Below, piece by piece: positions 1 to 11,500 of a stretch of 22,890 nucleotides of DNA. Source of the DNA: Ascoidea asiatica JCM 7603. Lineage: Eukaryota > Fungi > Ascomycota. Location of the stretch: NCBI GenBank assembly GCA_001600695.1, contig BCKQ01000021.1, positions 102,638 to 125,527 of the forward strand. The letters are read 5' to 3'. Under the pieces are notes generated by a model, which searched no databases, was not told the origin of the DNA, and was given only the letters and a program-made list of their open reading frames with translations. Positions within the stretch are counted from its first letter, which is position 1. Each line of letters begins with the position of its first letter. The position numbers and the translations under genes are program-made.

Positions 1-717
1 TCTCAACAAAATTTTAATGATGCAAAAAATTTAATTAAAAAATCATGGAATTTATTTAATGATAAATTAAATTTTATTCAAAATAATAATCAAGAAATTA
101 ATTTAACTGATTCAATAGTTGAATTAATTCAACCTTTAATAAATTTATTAAAATCTTCAATAGAAATGGAATTATATGATTATTCAAATTTAATATCAAA
201 TTTAATTCATGAAATTAATGAAGATTCTTTAGAACCATATTATCTTGAATGTTTTTCAAAAATTTTAAATTTAAGAAAATTACAATCTCCAAATGATTTT
301 AATTATCAAGATATTAAACTTAATCTATCTTTTAAAAATATTAATAATATCAACACTAATGAATTTAATAACTGTTTAAATGATACAAGATTATCTTTAT
401 TAACTGCCAAATCCTTATTCCAGAATACCAATACCAATACCAACACCAATACCAGTACATATGACAGTGAAGCGTCAATGCTTGACTCCATTCTCTCGTT
501 CATAGAAGAAGTGGGTGGCGAACAGTCCTTAACTGAGCTACAAGGCAATAGCAATCATAACAACAATAACAACAACAATCACAACAGTAATGCTGCTGCT
601 TCTGCTGCTTCTGCTGCTTCTGCTGCTTCTGCTGCTTCTGCTGCCGGTGGCGATCTCGAAAACTCTCAAACTCAGGATGAATTTGAGAAAAATCTTCTTC
701 TTCAACTAACCACGTGA
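1..717 (+). CDS. ACL4: Assembly chaperone of Rpl4 (TPR protein), 3' part; 5' end lies outside the window
   Basis: Frame 1 is open from base 1 (SQQNFNDAKNLIKKSWNLF...VELIQPLINLLKSSIEMELYD...IHEINEDSLEPYYLECF...DTRLSL...IEEVGG). This is colinear with the recalled S. cerevisiae Acl4 C-half (SQQRFGEA...AWNFF...VDLLQPLLSL...IDEDNIEGYYLEGF...DSRLAL...LQEIGG). The Met at 166 is internal. Confidence 0.85.
   Translation, partial: SQQNFNDAKNLIKKSWNLFNDKLNFIQNNNQEINLTDSIVELIQPLINLLKSSIEMELYDYSNLISNLIHEINEDSLEPYYLECFSKILNLRKLQSPNDFNYQDIKLNLSFKNINNINTNEFNNCLNDTRLSLLTAKSLFQNTNTNTNTNTSTYDSEASMLDSILSFIEEVGGEQSLTELQGNSNHNNNNNNNHNSNAAASAASAASAASAASAAGGDLENSQTQDEFEKNLLLQLTT
595..639 (+). repeat. Coding minisatellite (GCTGCTTCT)x5 encoding (AAS)5
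   Basis: Five perfect 9-bp units read directly, preceded by an AAC/AAT poly-Asn tract. Confidence 0.95.
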
Positions 718-906
718 TTATTAACTACTAAAAATTTTATTTTCACTTTAAATAATATAAATAAATAAATAATATACTTATTTTATAGATTCATAAACTA
801 ATAAACTAATAATCTAATAATCTAATAAACTCTTTTTTATTTAATCTTTACTAACTTATTACTACTTATCAAGTATCTTAAATTCATGATTTTAAAAATC
901 TAGGAA

Positions 907-1668
907 ATGTTTAAATGTTTTAATAATTTACATACTTTTAAAACTTTTAATACTTTTAATAATAAAAATTTAAAATATTTAAATCAATTTCAATCTCAAA
1001 CTCAATATAAACTTATTAATAATAATTATTTAACCTCTAGAAATCAATCAATATCAACTTTAACAAATTCAGAAAATGAAATTAATTCAAAAATTAAAGA
1101 ATCTAAATCATCTTCAGATAATCATTTAAATCAAAATAAATTATTAATTTCAAAAAATATAGATGATATTTTACAACCTATAAATCCAATTGTTGAAAAT
1201 ATTATTCAATCTTCAATACCAATTACTCAAAATATAACTATAACTACAATTCCAAATCAAATTACAAAAAAAAAAATTAAATTTGAATTAAAAGAAAATT
1301 TAAAATTAAATGAAAGAAGTGAAAATATTGAAAATATTGAAAAAATTTCAATAAAATTTCCAACTTTTGATGATATTTCAAATTTATCTAAAAATTTAAA
1401 ATTTAAAATTAAAAAAAAAAGACCTCCAATTCAAAAAATTGTAATTTTAAATGCAAAAGAATCTGGTTTAATAAGAAATGTACCAAAATATTTAAATACA
1501 AATATAAAATATAATCAAAGAAAATTATTATTTAATAAAAAATATAAAAATAATATCAATAATAATACTATTACTAATACTAATACTAATACAAATACAA
1601 ATACAAATACAAATCCATCTTCAAATTTAATATCTAATGAAATTTATAATAAAAATAATTTATCAACT

Positions 1669-1701
<33 letters not shown>

Positions 1702-3804
1702 TCAAATTCAATATCTCAAGATTCAATATTTATTCAAAATTATAAAATTGATAAAACAAGTAAAGATTTATTAAAATTTGCTTCAAAAGTTGATAAAAAT
1801 CAAATTTTAATTTCAATAAATTCTTTAAGACCTTTTAATAAAAAAATTTCAACAAAAGATTATAAAAATTTAATTAAATCAATTTCAAATTCATATAAAA
1901 AAGATATTTTAAAAAATTATATTAAAAATTTTTTTTATCCAATTTTTAAATCTAAAATTAAAAGTTATACAAATAAAAGTCAAATTATTAATATTATTCT
2001 TATATCATGTTGGAAACTTAATTTTAATTCATCTGAATCTATTATTAATAATAATAATAATAATAATAATATTCAATCTATTGAAAATATAAAAAATTCA
2101 AATACATCCTCAAATTCAAATTCATATCCATTATCATATAATGAAGAAGAATTATTTGAAGAAACTTTAAATTCAACAAATACTTTTAATCAACAAAATT
2201 TAATTTCAACATCTGGTGAAATTAAATATCAAAATTTTCAAATTGATAAAAAAATTTATTATTTCTTATATCAATCAAATAATACTAATCTTTTATATGA
2301 ATTTACAAAAGATGATTTAATAAAAATTGAAAAAATTATTCAAGATTCTGATATTTATATTTTAATAATTTCTGGTTTTGAATCAAATTTAAAATGGTTT
2401 GAAATTAGTTTAAATAATATCTTCAATAATTTATCAACTTCAGAATTAAATTTATCTAATTTACAAAAAATTAATAATTATTTAAGTATTGATATAAATA
2501 AAGGTGTAAATTTAATTCAAAAAATTGGTGATGTTTATTTTGAAAAAATTTCAACTGAAAATGATGAAAATATTTATATTATTAATGCTTTAAATATTTC
2601 TAAAATTCAAAGAGCTAAAAGATTATTATTATGGTTATTAAATTATAATTCTCATATAAATAATGAATTATTTAATTTAAATTATTTTAATAAAAATTAT
2701 AAAAAAAATTTACAATATTTTGATTATATTACAGATTCTACTTTACCTTTAGTTCATTCAATTAATAATTGGAAACAATTAAGAGAAGTAGTAGATTCAA
2801 GTAATGAATTGGATTTTTTGAATTCTGATTCAAATTCAAATTCAAATTCTTTAATTACTTCTGAAGATATAAAAAATTTTCAAAATTTTTTAATGGATAA
2901 AAATAATTTAAAAATAAATAAAAATATTAAAGGTTTTGATAATATTAATACTGAAAATATAAGTTTAACTGCAACATTAGGAAAAATTTTATTTGATAAT
3001 GAAACTAATCAAAAAATATTTCAAACTGAGATACCGAGAATTAAAGAATTTATTTCTAAATTAAAATTATTTGATGAAAAAGAAGATTATTATACTGATT
3101 TTCATAATTATTATGCTCAAATTATATTTTCACCATCTCCTTTTGAAAAAAATGTAATTAAAGATCATAATGAAAAAAATTCAAAATTAATATCCGGAAA
3201 TATAGAATCTTATAAAAAATATCCAATTTTAGAAATGTGGATAGAATTAGATGAAAATGATGAAGCATTAATGGATACATTAAGAATTGAATCGATTGAA
3301 AAAGAGAAAAACTTATTAATTAATTTACCTTCAAAAATAAGTGATTTAAAACTTTCTAGAACAATTTCCAAAACTATATTTGATTTAAGTACAGAAAGTG
3401 ATGATAAAAATTATCAAATTCAAAAAATTTATTTAGCTGATTTTTTAAATAAAAGTAAATTAAAATTTGATGGTAATTCAAAAGCCAATATTTATAAAGA
3501 ATTGAAAGTTCAAATTAATGATAAAGTTGTTGAATATATGTATGTTAATATAAATTTAAGAAGACAATTGGATTTGAAATTTAAAGATCAATTATTACAA
3601 TTTAGTGCAATTCAAGGTGGAACACTTGGTGCAAAAAGAATTGAAGTTAATTTAATTGGAAATATAACAGAATCAATCAAAGAAATTGAAGATACTGAAA
3701 GAAATAAAGAATCTAAAGACACTAAATACACTAGAGAAAGTGAAGAAACTGAAGAATTCAAAACTTTTATTAATAATTCTATAGAACTTGTCAATAACTT
3801 GTAA
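907..3804 (+). CDS. SLS1: Mitochondrial inner-membrane Sls1-family protein (couples mitochondrial transcription and translation), 965 aa
   Basis: The N-terminus is acid-free and presequence-like. It carries an SLS1 N-domain-like block (ILISINSLRP...ISTKDYKNLIKSISNSY) and C-domain-like blocks (DFHNYYAQIIFSPSP, YPILEMWIELDENDEA, LQFSAIQGGTLGAKRIEV). Confidence 0.8.
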
Positions 3805-3896
3805 ATAATTAGTATATATATGTAATCTATAAAATATATTAAATAAATAAAGTATAAATATAATGATGAGATTTAATGAGATTATATAAAAAGAGA

Positions 3897-4997
3897 TTAT
3901 TTTGGAGGATCATTAAATCTTTCTTCTAAAACCTTTAAGGCAACTTGTCTTCTTCTTTCTGCAATATCATCTAGATTTTTATTACTATTTGAGTTTTTAT
4001 TATTTTTATTTGTATTAACATTATTACCTATTCTTTTTGCAGCTCTTTCATTACTCTGTTGGATTAAATCATCAGTAAATGGAGTTATTATACCTAAAAG
4101 TAAGAAAATTTTATAATTTATATTAAAAAGTGGATTCAAAATTGGATGTAAGAAACTTGGGAAGAAATAAATAAATGAGAAAGTATCTGAAGCATCTCCT
4201 CTAATTCTTTGTACACCAAAAGTTGGACGAGAATTCGAACTTGAAGAAGTACCAGTATCAGAATTTGAAGATGAGGATGTTGGTAAAAGTGGATCTAAAA
4301 TCATTGATTGATAAAATCTTAAATAAGTCCAAGATATTAAGAAATTGAAAATTGAATTCAAACCTGGATAAAAATCCTTATTTAAAATTGAAAAAAGAAC
4401 TAATAAGTTTATGAAAATAAAAGGAATATGCTTAATTCTTAGATGTAATAAACCTTTGAAAAAAATCAAATTATGCTCAGGAATTAATTGTTTGAAACTA
4501 ATTAGAAAACCTATGAATATTGAGAAAAATCCAGAATAATTTGCATTTAAATTGATTGAAGTAACATTTAATAAATTTAAAGAAATTAAAGATAAAGTAG
4601 TTAATAAATTTGTTAAAATTGAATTTATTAATAAAAATTTTATTAATTCTTTACTTGACCAAACTCTTTCAAAATATTTAAAACTTATTAAAATATTTGA
4701 GAAATTTAAAATTAAATTAATAATATTATCTTCAACAAATATAGAAATAAATAAAACCCAAGGATTACTTAAAACTAAAGAAGGTATTAATTCTAAAAAA
4801 GGTATTGAAATATTATCAAAACTCAAATCATTTTGATCTTGATTTGTATTTGATGCAGATTGTAATTTAATTATTTGATCATTATATGAAACAATTTTAA
4901 GATAATAATTTAAAAATGATAAAGAGAATAATAAAACTATTGAAAGTTTTGTGACTGGAGGTAAATTAAATTTGAATAGATTAGATAAACCAAACAT
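3897..4997 (-). CDS. TMEM115/YOL107W-like rhomboid-superfamily (DUF1751) Golgi membrane protein, 366 aa
   Basis: Multiple TM segments plus family motifs FKQLIPEH, SWTYLRFYQ, RGDASDTFSFIYFFP and AERRRQVALKVLEER. Confidence 0.9.
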   Translation of the reverse strand: MFGLSNLFKFNLPPVTKLSIVLLFSLSFLNYYLKIVSYNDQIIKLQSASNTNQDQNDLSFDNISIPFLELIPSLVLSNPWVLFISIFVEDNIINLILNFSNILISFKYFERVWSSKELIKFLLINSILTNLLTTLSLISLNLLNVTSINLNANYSGFFSIFIGFLISFKQLIPEHNLIFFKGLLHLRIKHIPFIFINLLVLFSILNKDFYPGLNSIFNFLISWTYLRFYQSMILDPLLPTSSSSNSDTGTSSSSNSRPTFGVQRIRGDASDTFSFIYFFPSFLHPILNPLFNINYKIFLLLGIITPFTDDLIQQSNERAAKRIGNNVNTNKNNKNSNSNKNLDDIAERRRQVALKVLEERFNDPPK

Positions 4998-5591
4998 TTT
5001 TATTTTTATATGACAATAAATTGACAGATTATATTTATGATTATGATTATGATTATTATTATTATTATGCTGGCTAGTTAATGATAACGATTGATAATAT
5101 GATACAATTAATGAAAATGAAATTACTTTTCTAAGTTCTTAATATGAATGAAATCTTGAAATTGAAGTAGATTAAACAGTGAATATAATATCATTTAACA
5201 GATTGTCTAAATCAAAAAGAAAAAGAAAAATTTATTTGTTTAATGTGATTCCTTAAATGATTGAATAAACAAGAGTTTCAGTAGTTAATACTTAAGCCTT
5301 TGTTAAGCTTACCACACTGTTCAAAATAAAGCTTTAAAAAATGGGTTTAAATTTGGAGATTTGAATTTAAGGTCTTTAGAGGAGTCCCACAGACCTGGAC
5401 TCAGGACATCTTGTATACTGTAGTTAAACGTAGTTTATGCATATATACACAGATTACTGACTATCCGTAGAATGGTTTTTTATTTCCTGATGGCGGTTTT
5501 ATTTAAATGAATTTTTACCCTCGGAATTTTCTTGATTTTCGACTGGATCTGCAATTGTCACGTTCTGCCGGTATTTGATGAAGCTGGAAAA

Positions 5592-5599
5592 ACCAATCA
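5592..5599 (+). promoter_or_regulatory. CCAAT box (ACCAATCA), candidate Hap2/3/5 site upstream of a respiratory gene
   Basis: Exact ACCAATCA about 310 bp upstream of the NUO51 ATG, in a divergent promoter. Function is inferred. Confidence 0.5.
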
Positions 5600-5907
5600 A
5601 CGTCAATTCTTTAGCAATTATTAACAATCGGTCAGATTAGGCCTCAGCGTAGAGATTCTAGTGATAATATTTGAAAAACTGGAAATTAAAGGAAAGGATG
5701 ATGAAGTACTATTAAGACGAATGTAAATCTGATTAGGATATTGATATCGATATTGAAGTCAATTGAGAGTTCTGGAGTCTTGATTGATATAGTGATACTA
5801 ATTAATATCATCTACAGTAATAATACTATTATTAATAGTTGTAATAATAATAATAATATTAGTAGTATAAATAATTATATTAATTATAGAAAAAAATAAT
5901 AATAATA

Positions 5908-7338
5908 ATGATTCGTAATCCATTGGTGAAAAAAATTGGTTCTTCAGCTACTTCCATACCCAAAGTAGCTAAACGTAGTCTAGCTGTTACAGTAGATTCT
6001 CCACCACCTCCACAACATTTTGGTGGTTTAAAAGATCAAGATAGAATTTTTCAAAATATTTATGGTAATTATGGAGCAGATTTAAAAACTTCAATGAAAA
6101 TGGGTGATTGGTATAAAACTAAAGAACTTCTTTTAAAAGGTGATGCATGGATAATTGATAATATGAAAAGATCTGGTTTAAGAGGTAGAGGTGGTGCAGG
6201 TTTTCCATCTGGTTTAAAATGGTCTTTTATGAATCCACCAAATTGGCAAAAAAATAAAGGTCCAAGATATGTTGTAGTGAATGCAGATGAAGGTGAACCT
6301 GGCACTTGTAAAGATAGAGAAATTATGAGAAAAGATCCTCATAAATTAGTTGAAGGTTGTTTATTAGCAGGTAGAGCAATGAATGCAACTGCTGCTTATA
6401 TTTATATTAGAGGTGAATTTTATAATGAAGCTCAAATTTTACAAAATGCTATAAATGAAGCTTATAAAGCTGGTTTCTTAGGTAAAAATGCTTGTGATTC
6501 AGGTTATGATTTTGATGTTTATATACATCGTGGTATGGGTGCATATGTTTGTGGTGAAGAAACTGCTTTAATTGAATCTTTAGAAGGTAAAGCTGGTAAA
6601 CCACGTTTAAAGCCTCCATTTCCTGCAGGTGTTGGTTTATTTGGTAGACCAAGTACTGTAACTAATGTTGAAACTGTAGCTGTTGCGCCATCTATATTAA
6701 GACGTGGACCAGAATGGTTTGCAAGTTTTGGTAGACCAAGAAATTCAGGTATTAAATTATATGGTATTTCTGGTCATGTTAATACTCCATGTACAGTTGA
6801 AGAAGAAATGTCAATTCCATTAAAAGAATTAATTGAAAAACATTGTGGTGGTGTTATAGGTGGATGGGATAATTTATTAGCAATTATTCCAGGTGGATCA
6901 TCAGTTCCATTATTAACAAAAGATGTTTGTAGTACAGTATTGATGGATTATGATGCATTAAAAGATGTCGGATCAGGTTTAGGTACAGCTGCAGTAATAG
7001 TAATGAATAAAAAAACAGATGTAATTAGAGCTATTCAAAGATTAGCAGCATTTTATAAACATGAATCTTGTGGTCAATGTACTCCTTGTCGTGAAGGTAC
7101 AACTTGGTTAGATAAAATGATGAAAAGATTTGTAAATGGTCAAGGTACAGAAAAGGAAATCGATCAAATTTGGGAATTAACTAAAGTTATTGAAGGTCAT
7201 ACTATATGTGCTTTAGGTGATGCAGCTGCTTGGCCTGTTCAGGGTCTTATTAGAAAATTTAGACCTCATATGGTTGAAAGAATGAATAATTTTGGTCAGC
7301 CTGTTACTCCAGGTGGTTGGATAAAAAAATCTTTATAA
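5908..7338 (+). CDS. NDUFV1: NADH:ubiquinone oxidoreductase (complex I) 51-kDa flavoprotein subunit, mitochondrial precursor
   Basis: Motifs [32 protein letters not shown] and [17 protein letters not shown], and the 4Fe-4S motif [12 protein letters not shown]...TICALG. Basic N-terminal presequence. Confidence 0.99.
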   Translation: MIRNPLVKKIGSSATSIPKVAKRSLAVTVDSPPPPQHFGGLKDQDRIFQNIYGNYGADLKTSMKMGDWYKTKELLLKGDAWIIDNMKRSGLRGRGGAGFPSGLKWSFMNPPNWQKNKGPRYVVVNADEGEPGTCKDREIMRKDPHKLVEGCLLAGRAMNATAAYIYIRGEFYNEAQILQNAINEAYKAGFLGKNACDSGYDFDVYIHRGMGAYVCGEETALIESLEGKAGKPRLKPPFPAGVGLFGRPSTVTNVETVAVAPSILRRGPEWFASFGRPRNSGIKLYGISGHVNTPCTVEEEMSIPLKELIEKHCGGVIGGWDNLLAIIPGGSSVPLLTKDVCSTVLMDYDALKDVGSGLGTAAVIVMNKKTDVIRAIQRLAAFYKHESCGQCTPCREGTTWLDKMMKRFVNGQGTEKEIDQIWELTKVIEGHTICALGDAAAWPVQGLIRKFRPHMVERMNNFGQPVTPGGWIKKSL

Positions 7339-7618
7339 TATAATTACAACTACTACTAATATATATTCATCATTAATACATTCATGACTTCGTTTTTTTA
7401 CAAAATCATCATATGAAATATTATCTTTCCAGTTATGTTCCTGATGTCTTTGATATTTTAGGTCTTTTATGTCTATTTTGTCTTTTATGTCTTTGATCAC
7501 CAATTCCCATATTCTGATTTGCTGACGAGAAAAAGCTTAATATTTTTTCTCCGGCTGTCGTCGATGTTGTTTTTGTTGTTGTTTTTGTTTGGTTGCTTTT
7601 TAGCTTCGCCATGTACCT

Positions 7619-7626
7619 TCACGTGA
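7619..7626. promoter_or_regulatory. Palindromic E-box TCACGTGA (Cbf1/bHLH-type) upstream of GDT1
   Basis: Exact palindrome about 300 bp before the GDT1 ATG. TCACGTG recurs in promoters at 19208-19214 and 22310-22316. Confidence 0.45.
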
Positions 7627-7922
7627 TCTGATTTTATTTTATTTTTGACTTTTTTCAGCTTATTTTTAGTTTTTACGTGTGTTTAACATACAAAAATCAT
7701 CAATTTTTCAAATCTTTAAAAAAATACAGTCATAAATTTAAATCAAAATCATAAAGATTTGACTATATTATATTGTATATCACATATTTTATTGTTTAAT
7801 TACAATTATATCTTTAGTGATATATTACTTTACAATTTTATGAAGACTTTTTGAAAGAAAATTTTACTCTAATTTTCTTTTTATCTCTTTTTTCTCCAAT
7901 TGCTGTTCATTTCACATTCATA

Positions 7923-8882
7923 ATGAAATCATTTAATATAATAAAATTTTTTTCAATTTCAATTCTTCTTTTTGCATTATTATTACCTATATATTCAGCT
8001 ACAATTTCTGATATACAGGGAAGTGTTACAGATAAGTCAAAAAGTTTAAATAATGCTCAATTAAAATCAAATTTAGAAACATCAAATATTGGTAAAGATA
8101 CAATTAATAATGATGATAAACATTCAGATTTAGATAATCCAGAATATTTACATTCTTTTTTAATGTCAGTTGCAATGATAATAACTTCTGAAATTGGTGA
8201 TAAAACATTTTTAATTGCAGCAATTTGTTCAATGAGATATCCAAGAATAGTTGTATTTTCTTCAGCATTTGCAGCATTATTTTTAATGACAGTTTTATCA
8301 GGTATTGTTGGTCATACTTTACCTGCTTTAATTCCTCAACAATATACTCAATTCTTAGCATCTATTTTATTTGTAATTTTTGGTTATAAACTTTTAAATG
8401 AAGGTTTAGCAATGTCAAAAGATTTAGGTGTTCATGAAGAAATGGCAGAAGTTGAAGATGAAATTAATAATAAACCTGATATTGAATTAGGTCCAATATC
8501 ATCTCATAATTCAGAAATTAAAGAATCAAATTCCAAAAATATTTTTAAAATAATTTTAAATTCAATTTCCGATATTTTTAGTTTTATATTATCACCAACT
8601 TGGGTACAAGTTTTTGCAATGACATTTTTAGGTGAATGGGGTGATAGATCTCAAATTGCAACTATAGCCTTAGCTGCAGGATCTGATTATTGGTTTGTTA
8701 TTCTTGGTGGAATTGTTGGTCATGGACTTTGTACACTTTCTGCAGTAATTGGTGGAAAATTATTAGCTACAAAAATTAGTATGAGAACTGTAACTTTAGG
8801 TGGTTCTGTTACTTTTTTCCTTTTTGCTATATTATATTTATATGAAGCCATATATTCTAATCATAACATAGACCTAGAATAA
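7923..8882 (+). CDS. GDT1: UPF0016 Ca2+/Mn2+ transporter (Gdt1/TMEM165), 319 aa
   Basis: Two family signatures, EIGDKT and EWGDRSQ, plus a signal-like N-terminus. Start moved from the TTG at 7851 to the first ATG at 7923. Confidence 0.97.
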   Translation: MKSFNIIKFFSISILLFALLLPIYSATISDIQGSVTDKSKSLNNAQLKSNLETSNIGKDTINNDDKHSDLDNPEYLHSFLMSVAMIITSEIGDKTFLIAAICSMRYPRIVVFSSAFAALFLMTVLSGIVGHTLPALIPQQYTQFLASILFVIFGYKLLNEGLAMSKDLGVHEEMAEVEDEINNKPDIELGPISSHNSEIKESNSKNIFKIILNSISDIFSFILSPTWVQVFAMTFLGEWGDRSQIATIALAAGSDYWFVILGGIVGHGLCTLSAVIGGKLLATKISMRTVTLGGSVTFFLFAILYLYEAIYSNHNIDLE

Positions 8883-9240
8883 ATCAATTACGATAATTAC
8901 TATCTTCTTCAATCTTGCTAATCTTCAATTCCTTATATTACATTTCTATAGAATAATATATTAATATTTCACATCAAAATATTTAAAATATGCTTTTCCG
9001 TAGTTATCAGTACTAAATTTGAAAACCGCATCCATTTTCTTAGCTTTCTTTCTGTTCCTTGCACCGGAAAGCGGAAAAAATATCATCTCTCGTTTGAATT
9101 TCCAGTTTTTTTTTTCATTTTGTTTAAAAAATGTTAGTAGATTTGAATTCAATAAAATTTCATTTGAATTACATGACTGAAAATCAAATACATTTGAATA
9201 AAATTTGGTTTAAGTGTTTGAAGAATAATAATTGTGCTTA

Positions 9241-9846
9241 ATGAGTTCTTTCAGTCTTGAAAATGAAAAAAGATCAAGCAGATTAGCTGCCTTAAGATCA
9301 AAGAGAAAATTACCTACAAAAGCAAACTCAATTAATAATAATGATGGTCCAAAATCAAAAAAAATAGAATTAGAACAAGAATCAACGAAAGATCTTAATG
9401 AAATTAACCTGAGTATTAATGGAGAAAATAATGAAATTCAAATTGACAAAGAAATAGACGATTCATCAAATAATAATCAAGATGAACAACAAAGAATAAA
9501 ATTAATTTCAAGAAATTTTAATCAAGATACAAAAAATACAGTTGATACTTTTTCTCCATTATATCAAATTAATAAAGATGAAACTATTGAGATTCTTTCA
9601 AATGAAATTGAAAATCAATATATTTCAAGACTTGCTGAAATAAATTCATTTAATGAAATAGATGATGAAAATAGTGATAATGATAATAATACTAATAGTA
9701 GTAATGAAAGTGATGAAGAAGAAAAAATATCTAAAAAATTCAGTATAAATGATGATTTAAAAAAAGATTTAAAGAGTCAATACGATTTATTAGAAAGAAG
9801 AACTAATAAAGCTTTGAGAAAACTACTTAGAGAAAGAATTGGATGA
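9241..9846 (+). CDS. CWF18: Cwf18/CCDC12-family pre-mRNA splicing factor, 201 aa
   Basis: N-terminal RSSRLAALRSK, central LISRNF, and C-terminal DLKKDL...LERRTNKALRKLLRERI resembling CCDC12 WDLKRD...LEKRTQRAIAELIRERL. First ATG is 9241. Confidence 0.8.
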   Translation: MSSFSLENEKRSSRLAALRSKRKLPTKANSINNNDGPKSKKIELEQESTKDLNEINLSINGENNEIQIDKEIDDSSNNNQDEQQRIKLISRNFNQDTKNTVDTFSPLYQINKDETIEILSNEIENQYISRLAEINSFNEIDDENSDNDNNTNSSNESDEEEKISKKFSINDDLKKDLKSQYDLLERRTNKALRKLLRERIG

Positions 9847-10185
9847 TTTTCTCACGACATTGACTTTTTAATTCTTTCAAGTATTTTAAGTAACTCTTAT
9901 TTTTTAAATAATATTTGCCAAATATATTTTTGCTGTTTATAAAAAATTATTTTCTTATCATATTATTAGATGCTGGTGTGTCTGGTCTTTTACTAAGTCC
10001 ACGGTTATTACTGTATGCGGACTCATAACTCAAAAGTATTTTGAGTTTTCATCACTTTTGAAAAAGTAAACATTGAATTTGGTTTTTTATTCTTGAATTC
10101 ATAAAAACAATTAAACTAAAATAAAATAATCATAATAAATCAATCAATCGATCAAAGATTAATAAATAATATATCAATTTACAAA

Positions 10186-11001
10186 ATGTCTGCTTTTTTT
10201 GACAGGTATTCAATTTCAAAAGCAGAAACAAGACCTTCTTCTGCTACTGATTCATTATCCTCCTTAAGAGTTTGTATAAGTTCTTTAAATGAATCTGCAA
10301 GACTTGTAAGTAATTAATTTTTATAAATACATTTATATAAATATAAAATCACAATAAATATCATTTTTATAACTAACAAAATATTTTAATTGAAGTTAAA
10401 TCACTCTAATAATAAAATTAAAAAAACTCTTCAAACTGATGAATTTGTCGGTAATCGATCAACAAGAAATGAATTTGAAAGATTAGCAAAAATAATTAAG
10501 CTTAATAAAGTTTATAGATTATATCCAGTTTCAACAATAAATGATCAAATTAAGCGTTATAAAAATCCAGAAAATAATTTAATTTTATCATATATTGATC
10601 AAATGGTTTCTTTACAAGATGCAACTTTTAAACTTAGGAGTAATTTAGTTAATGAAATTGAATATATGGAAAAAAAATTAGAAGAAAAACAAGAAATTAC
10701 AAAACAATATGAAGATTATGATGGAAGTGATAAAGATGAGGATAATAAAAAGCATAATATAAATGAAAATGATCTAAAATTTGATAATGATTCAAAAGAG
10801 AAACAAAAAGAAAATCAAAAAAATCCATCTCGGAGTCCAGTTAAAACATCTAAGAGAAAACATTCAGATTTAGAAAAAAGTTCAGAAATAATTTATGATA
10901 AATGGTTAGAAGTGAGTGGAACTAAAGAACAGTTGAAAAAATTAAGGGATTTATACAATGAAAAATGTAAACTTCAAGATGAATTACACGCATTGAGTTA
11001 A
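10186..11001 (+). CDS. SPC19: DASH/Dam1 kinetochore complex subunit Spc19, two exons (10186-10305, 10396-11001), 241 aa
   Basis: Exon 1 (MSAFFDRYS...SLRVCISSLNESARL) joins in phase 0 to LNHSNNKI...FERLAKIIKLNKVYRLYP. This matches the Spc19 pattern SLxxCVSSL...L...FPRLxKVLxTxRxFxLxP, with a C-terminal coiled coil. Confidence 0.75.
10306..10395 (+). other. Spliceosomal intron, 90 nt (SPC19)
   Basis: GTAAGT donor at 10306 and AACTAAC branch at 10371-10377. The first downstream AG is AAG at 10393-10395. Removal fuses two open frames. Confidence 0.88.
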
Positions 11002-11500
11002 ATAAATTCAAGTTTTTTTCCATTGATAAAACAAAAAAAAAAAAAGAAATTTTAAAATCGTTTAATCAAAAGGTCGAATGACCAAAATTAAGTCTTAAAA
11101 GAATTCTGAAGAATTATTTTAAACGAAATTTGAATTCACTAAATTCACTTGAATGATTATAAAGTACGGGTCTTTTTTAAAAAAAAACCTGCTTGAATCT
11201 TTGTACAGGGTACATTATCTGAGACTTTTAAAATCAGTTTTTTTATAGATCATTAAATGTATATTTAAATTAATGTATAAAAAAAATCAAGCAATATTAC
11301 AATATTCAAATAAAAATTCGACAATTAAAGGGAATCAAAAAACTAAAAATGATTAAATACACTAAAAGTTAAAAAAAAAGGGGGGTTAATAACTGTTAAA
11401 ATAAATTAAAAATTAGAAAGATAAAAATAAAACTTTAAAATATTAATATATTAAAAGATAAAAACAAGGATATTTGAATTTTGAAAATTATTTTAAATGA

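Noticed and set aside
849-903. Perfect TACTAAC and a TAG just before the SLS1 ATG (possible 5' intron)
   Set aside because: There is no GT dinucleotide between the ACL4 stop and the branch motif, so no donor is available; likely chance.
4552-4836. Antisense or alternate-frame ORFs inside real genes (also 306-554, 3612-3794, 6069-6652, 8104-8361, 11850-13419, 17813-18259, 20865-21191)
   Set aside because: Shadow frames produced by the biased codon usage of the overlapping true CDS.
5698-5732. ATGATGA...CTGA resembling C/D snoRNA boxes
   Set aside because: Only 35 nt apart, with no terminal stem and no recognisable rRNA antisense element.
7619-7850. CDEI-like TCACGTG followed by AT-rich DNA (point centromere)
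   Set aside because: No CDEIII CCGAA core at a suitable distance; the position is an ordinary promoter.
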